Below, one piece after another: positions 55,593-58,273 of a stretch of DNA of 58,273 bases. Origin of the DNA: a virus (Duplodnaviria; Caudoviricetes); the IMG/VR virus record IMGVR_UViG_3300029309_000040, positions 1 to 58,273 of that record; one strand, given 5' to 3'. Position 1 is the stretch's first letter. Every line of letters starts with the position of its first letter. A model generated the notes under the pieces. The model ran no database searches and was not told the DNA's origin. It saw only the letters and a list, made by a program, of their open reading frames with translations. The position numbers and the translations under genes were made by a program.

Positions 55593-58273
55593 ATGGCAAA
55601 CGATCGTGTGCGGAAACGAGTAGCTCGGCTATTAAAAAAGCACGGGCTCAAAGGCGTGAATAAGCCGAAGCGAACACCGCAGCACCCCAAAAAGTCACAT
55701 ATAGTATTAGCTAAAGAAGGGGATAAAGTAAAGCTGATACGCTACGGCGAGCAAGGGGCTAGCACAGCAGGGAAACCGAAAGCAGGGGAGAGCGCACGGA
55801 TGAAGGCCAAGCGCAAAAGCTTCAAGGCCCGACACCGACGCAACATAGCCAAGGGGAAGATGAGTGCTGCATACTGGGCCAATAAAACTAAATGGTTCTT
55901 GCTCCTCCCCATTTTGTCTCTGCAGGCGCAAAGCTGGGTAAACGTAAACTTCGTTTCTGATCAGTACGCTGACGAAAGCTCATGGGAGATACTGTCTGAC
56001 ACCAACGTTGTCGCTTCGGGGGTGGCAGAAGAAGTTCTAGTAACCCTACCCCCTGGACAGTATACGTTCGTAGCATACGATGAGTTTGGTGACGGGATAT
56101 GCTGCCAATACGGGGAGGGGTTCTTTACCCTAACTAACGGATGTGGGCTAGACATAGGGGTGTATGACTTCGCCTCTGCTCAAATGGAAATCCCGTTTAA
56201 CCTGCTCCCTTGCCCCCCACCAGTTGTTGGGTGCATGGATGAAGAGGCCAGCAATTACGACCCCTTGGCCGTTATTGATGACTACTGTCTTTACAGCGTA
56301 AGGTTTCGGCTAGACTTAAACGGGCCACACCCAGAAGGTATCGTAACACCAGAGGTGAACACAAGCTGGTATGGGTGGTGCGGTAGCTGCAATCAAATGC
56401 AAGACCTAGACGGGGACGGGATATGGGAGGTTACCATTGACTTCCCGCTAGGCGATTACCTATGGAAGTTTTCAGCAGATGATTGGGGGTATCAAGAAAT
56501 GCCAGCGGGAGTTCTAAACTCCCCGTGTTTTCTGTTTGATGAATGGGGGTTCGTAAACAGACCCTTAAACGTAGAGGGATCGCTGACCCTCCCTACCTTC
56601 TGTTGGGAGAGCTGCTTCCCTTGCGGTTCTATAGTTGGGTGTACTGACTCCACCGCCACAAACTACAACCCTTGGGCCAACTTCAATCAGGGGTGCAACG
56701 TAGTCGAGTCAGCTAATTGCGACATCACGCAAACAGAGGTTTCTGTAACTGTCATCCCCGACAACTACCCAGCAGAAACCAGTTGGGGCTTGGTGGACCT
56801 GACTTTAGGCGGGGTTATAGCCTCGATTAATACAGGGGACCTGTCTGGAGCCCCTGTGGGGATACCCCTCGTAACAAACACCTGCGTATCTATAGGGAGT
56901 GAAATACAAATCCTTGTGTTGGATTCGTATGGTGACGGAATGAATGGGTCTCAGTGGGGTGGCGAAGACGGGACGGTGATAGTAGAGGCTTGTGGTGAAG
57001 AAATCTGGTCACTCCCATCAGAAAACATAAACTTCGGTTACAGTTTAGAAGCTTCTTTCCCTGCCCCTGTATGCCAAACCATAGAGGATTTGGTGGGGTG
57101 TGGGGACCCAGATTACCTAGAGTACAACCCCGACGCCACGGTGTTTCTTGATTTGCTCTGCGAAACTCCAGTCGTATACGGATGTATAGACACGGCGTAT
57201 TATAACTACAGCCCAGAGGCTAACGTAGAGCAGCAGCCAGACTCTTGTTTTTACACGCTAACCCTTACTGACGGCGTTGGTGATGGATGGTTTGGTAGTT
57301 GGATTGGAGTAAAGCAAGGGGAGTGGATTTCCCCGCAGTACCAAATGGGGCCAGCAGATGGGGTGGAAGAAAGCTTTGAGCTATACCTCCCTTCTGACGA
57401 AGAGGTAGAGCTGTTCTTCTTCTCCACGCCGCAGTCTTTGTTTACTGTGGCTCAGTGCGGATTTATACTTGAGGGCCCAACGGGGGACACGCTCATTGAC
57501 GTGCCTCAGTGGAATATCATCCCCTTCCCATACACATACACAGCGACGACATACTGCGGCAACCTTTGCGAAGAGTATGTCTATGGGTGTATGGATACGA
57601 CGGCACAAAACTATGTCGCACTAGCCAACACCGCTGACAGCAGTTGCTACTATGCCGCTGGCTGCATGCAGGCTGGATATCTAGAGTACTACACTCAAGG
57701 GTATGAAGCAGATTATGATGATGGCTCTTGTTTAACGTTGGCTGTGTTTGGGTGCACAGAACCGACTGCGCTGAACTTTGATGAGGGGGCCAACGTGGAC
57801 AACGGTAGCTGCATCCCCGTGGTGGTGGGGTGTATGGATGTATCAGCTTACAACTACAGCGTCGAGGCTAATACCGAAGGGGAGTGCCTGTATGACGCAG
57901 GCTGCGCTACAGGTGCAGGCGTCCCATACTGGCTTAACGATTCTTGCTACGGGTGGGTGATTGAGGTGGACCCCTACTGCTGTGAAGCGGAGTGGGACGG
58001 GGGGTGTATCGGACTGTACGATTACTGTCAGCAGGGCTGGCCTACGGGTGTCACTGAATTAGCAGAGGAGGTTACTATCCGCCCGACGGTTGTAGAGCGT
58101 CATTTCTATGTGGACTCCCCATACCCGTTTGTGTTGACTGTCTTCGATGCTACAGGGAGGGAGGTGCTACGATCCTCAACCGCCATGCAAGACGCATCGC
58201 AGTGGCCTGTCGGTACGTATCACTTGATTGTGGTGTCTGACAATCGCATGTTCAAGCAAACCATCGTTAAGCT
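55593..58273 (+). CDS. 894-aa origin-spanning protein: basic N-domain, signal peptide, Cys-rich repeats, CBM48-like domain, T9SS type A CTD
   Basis: Translated by hand, open from ATG 55593 through the origin to TGA 106-108; eight GCx(D/E/Q) repeats; DLDGDGIWEVTIDFPLGDYLWKF; VFDATGREV..WPVGTYHLIV..QTIVKL. Confidence 0.85.
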   Translation, partial: MANDRVRKRVARLLKKHGLKGVNKPKRTPQHPKKSHIVLAKEGDKVKLIRYGEQGASTAGKPKAGESARMKAKRKSFKARHRRNIAKGKMSAAYWANKTKWFLLLPILSLQAQSWVNVNFVSDQYADESSWEILSDTNVVASGVAEEVLVTLPPGQYTFVAYDEFGDGICCQYGEGFFTLTNGCGLDIGVYDFASAQMEIPFNLLPCPPPVVGCMDEEASNYDPLAVIDDYCLYSVRFRLDLNGPHPEGIVTPEVNTSWYGWCGSCNQMQDLDGDGIWEVTIDFPLGDYLWKFSADDWGYQEMPAGVLNSPCFLFDEWGFVNRPLNVEGSLTLPTFCWESCFPCGSIVGCTDSTATNYNPWANFNQGCNVVESANCDITQTEVSVTVIPDNYPAETSWGLVDLTLGGVIASINTGDLSGAPVGIPLVTNTCVSIGSEIQILVLDSYGDGMNGSQWGGEDGTVIVEACGEEIWSLPSENINFGYSLEASFPAPVCQTIEDLVGCGDPDYLEYNPDATVFLDLLCETPVVYGCIDTAYYNYSPEANVEQQPDSCFYTLTLTDGVGDGWFGSWIGVKQGEWISPQYQMGPADGVEESFELYLPSDEEVELFFFSTPQSLFTVAQCGFILEGPTGDTLIDVPQWNIIPFPYTYTATTYCGNLCEEYVYGCMDTTAQNYVALANTADSSCYYAAGCMQAGYLEYYTQGYEADYDDGSCLTLAVFGCTEPTALNFDEGANVDNGSCIPVVVGCMDVSAYNYSVEANTEGECLYDAGCATGAGVPYWLNDSCYGWVIEVDPYCCEAEWDGGCIGLYDYCQQGWPTGVTELAEEVTIRPTVVERHFYVDSPYPFVLTVFDATGREVLRSSTAMQDASQWPVGTYHLIVVSDNRMFKQTIVK
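58170..58273. repeat. Terminal direct repeat, right copy
   Basis: Matches 1-104 with one mismatch. Confidence 0.95.

Noticed and set aside
1-58273. Stop-codon reassignment as in some crAss-like phages
   Set aside because: Genes are long and tightly packed under the standard code; TAA, TGA and TAG all end genes at sensible boundaries.

Overview
The window looks like a complete, circularly permuted ~58.2 kb genome of a tailed, podovirus-like dsDNA phage of a Bacteroidota host, probably a marine flavobacterium. Positions 1-104 repeat at 58170-58273 with one mismatch. Host inference rests on TAnnTTTG -7 promoter boxes, Q-rule signal peptides, T9SS sorting domains and a VirE-N-like primase-helicase. 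A plus-strand late arm (37850 through the origin to 25326) carries terminase, portal, scaffold, major capsid, tail ring/stabilization, tail fibre, ejection and lysis genes. A minus-strand early/replication arm (37060 to 25330) carries recombinase, exonuclease, SSB, primase-helicase, resolvase and a C5 methylase. I recognised no DNA polymerase, RNA polymerase or integrase. The most striking content is a phage-encoded cell-surface module addressed to the host type IX secretion system. It comprises an 894-aa type A CTD cargo that spans the origin and is missing from the ORF track, translationally coupled to a beta-barrel outer-membrane protein and followed by a membrane coiled-coil protein and an exported thioredoxin fold. 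A second, type B CTD cargo with a sequon-rich stalk sits between TerS and TerL. Other notable features are a cassette of putative virion-delivered effectors with a shared basic leader and PT-TG-like pre-toxin domains, a genome-wide hydrophobic-x-x-GG motif, two candidate small RNAs (one with a GU-rich loop complementary to CA-rich early-gene leaders) and many apparently leaderless genes. All family calls are from motif recognition by eye; no searches were run.
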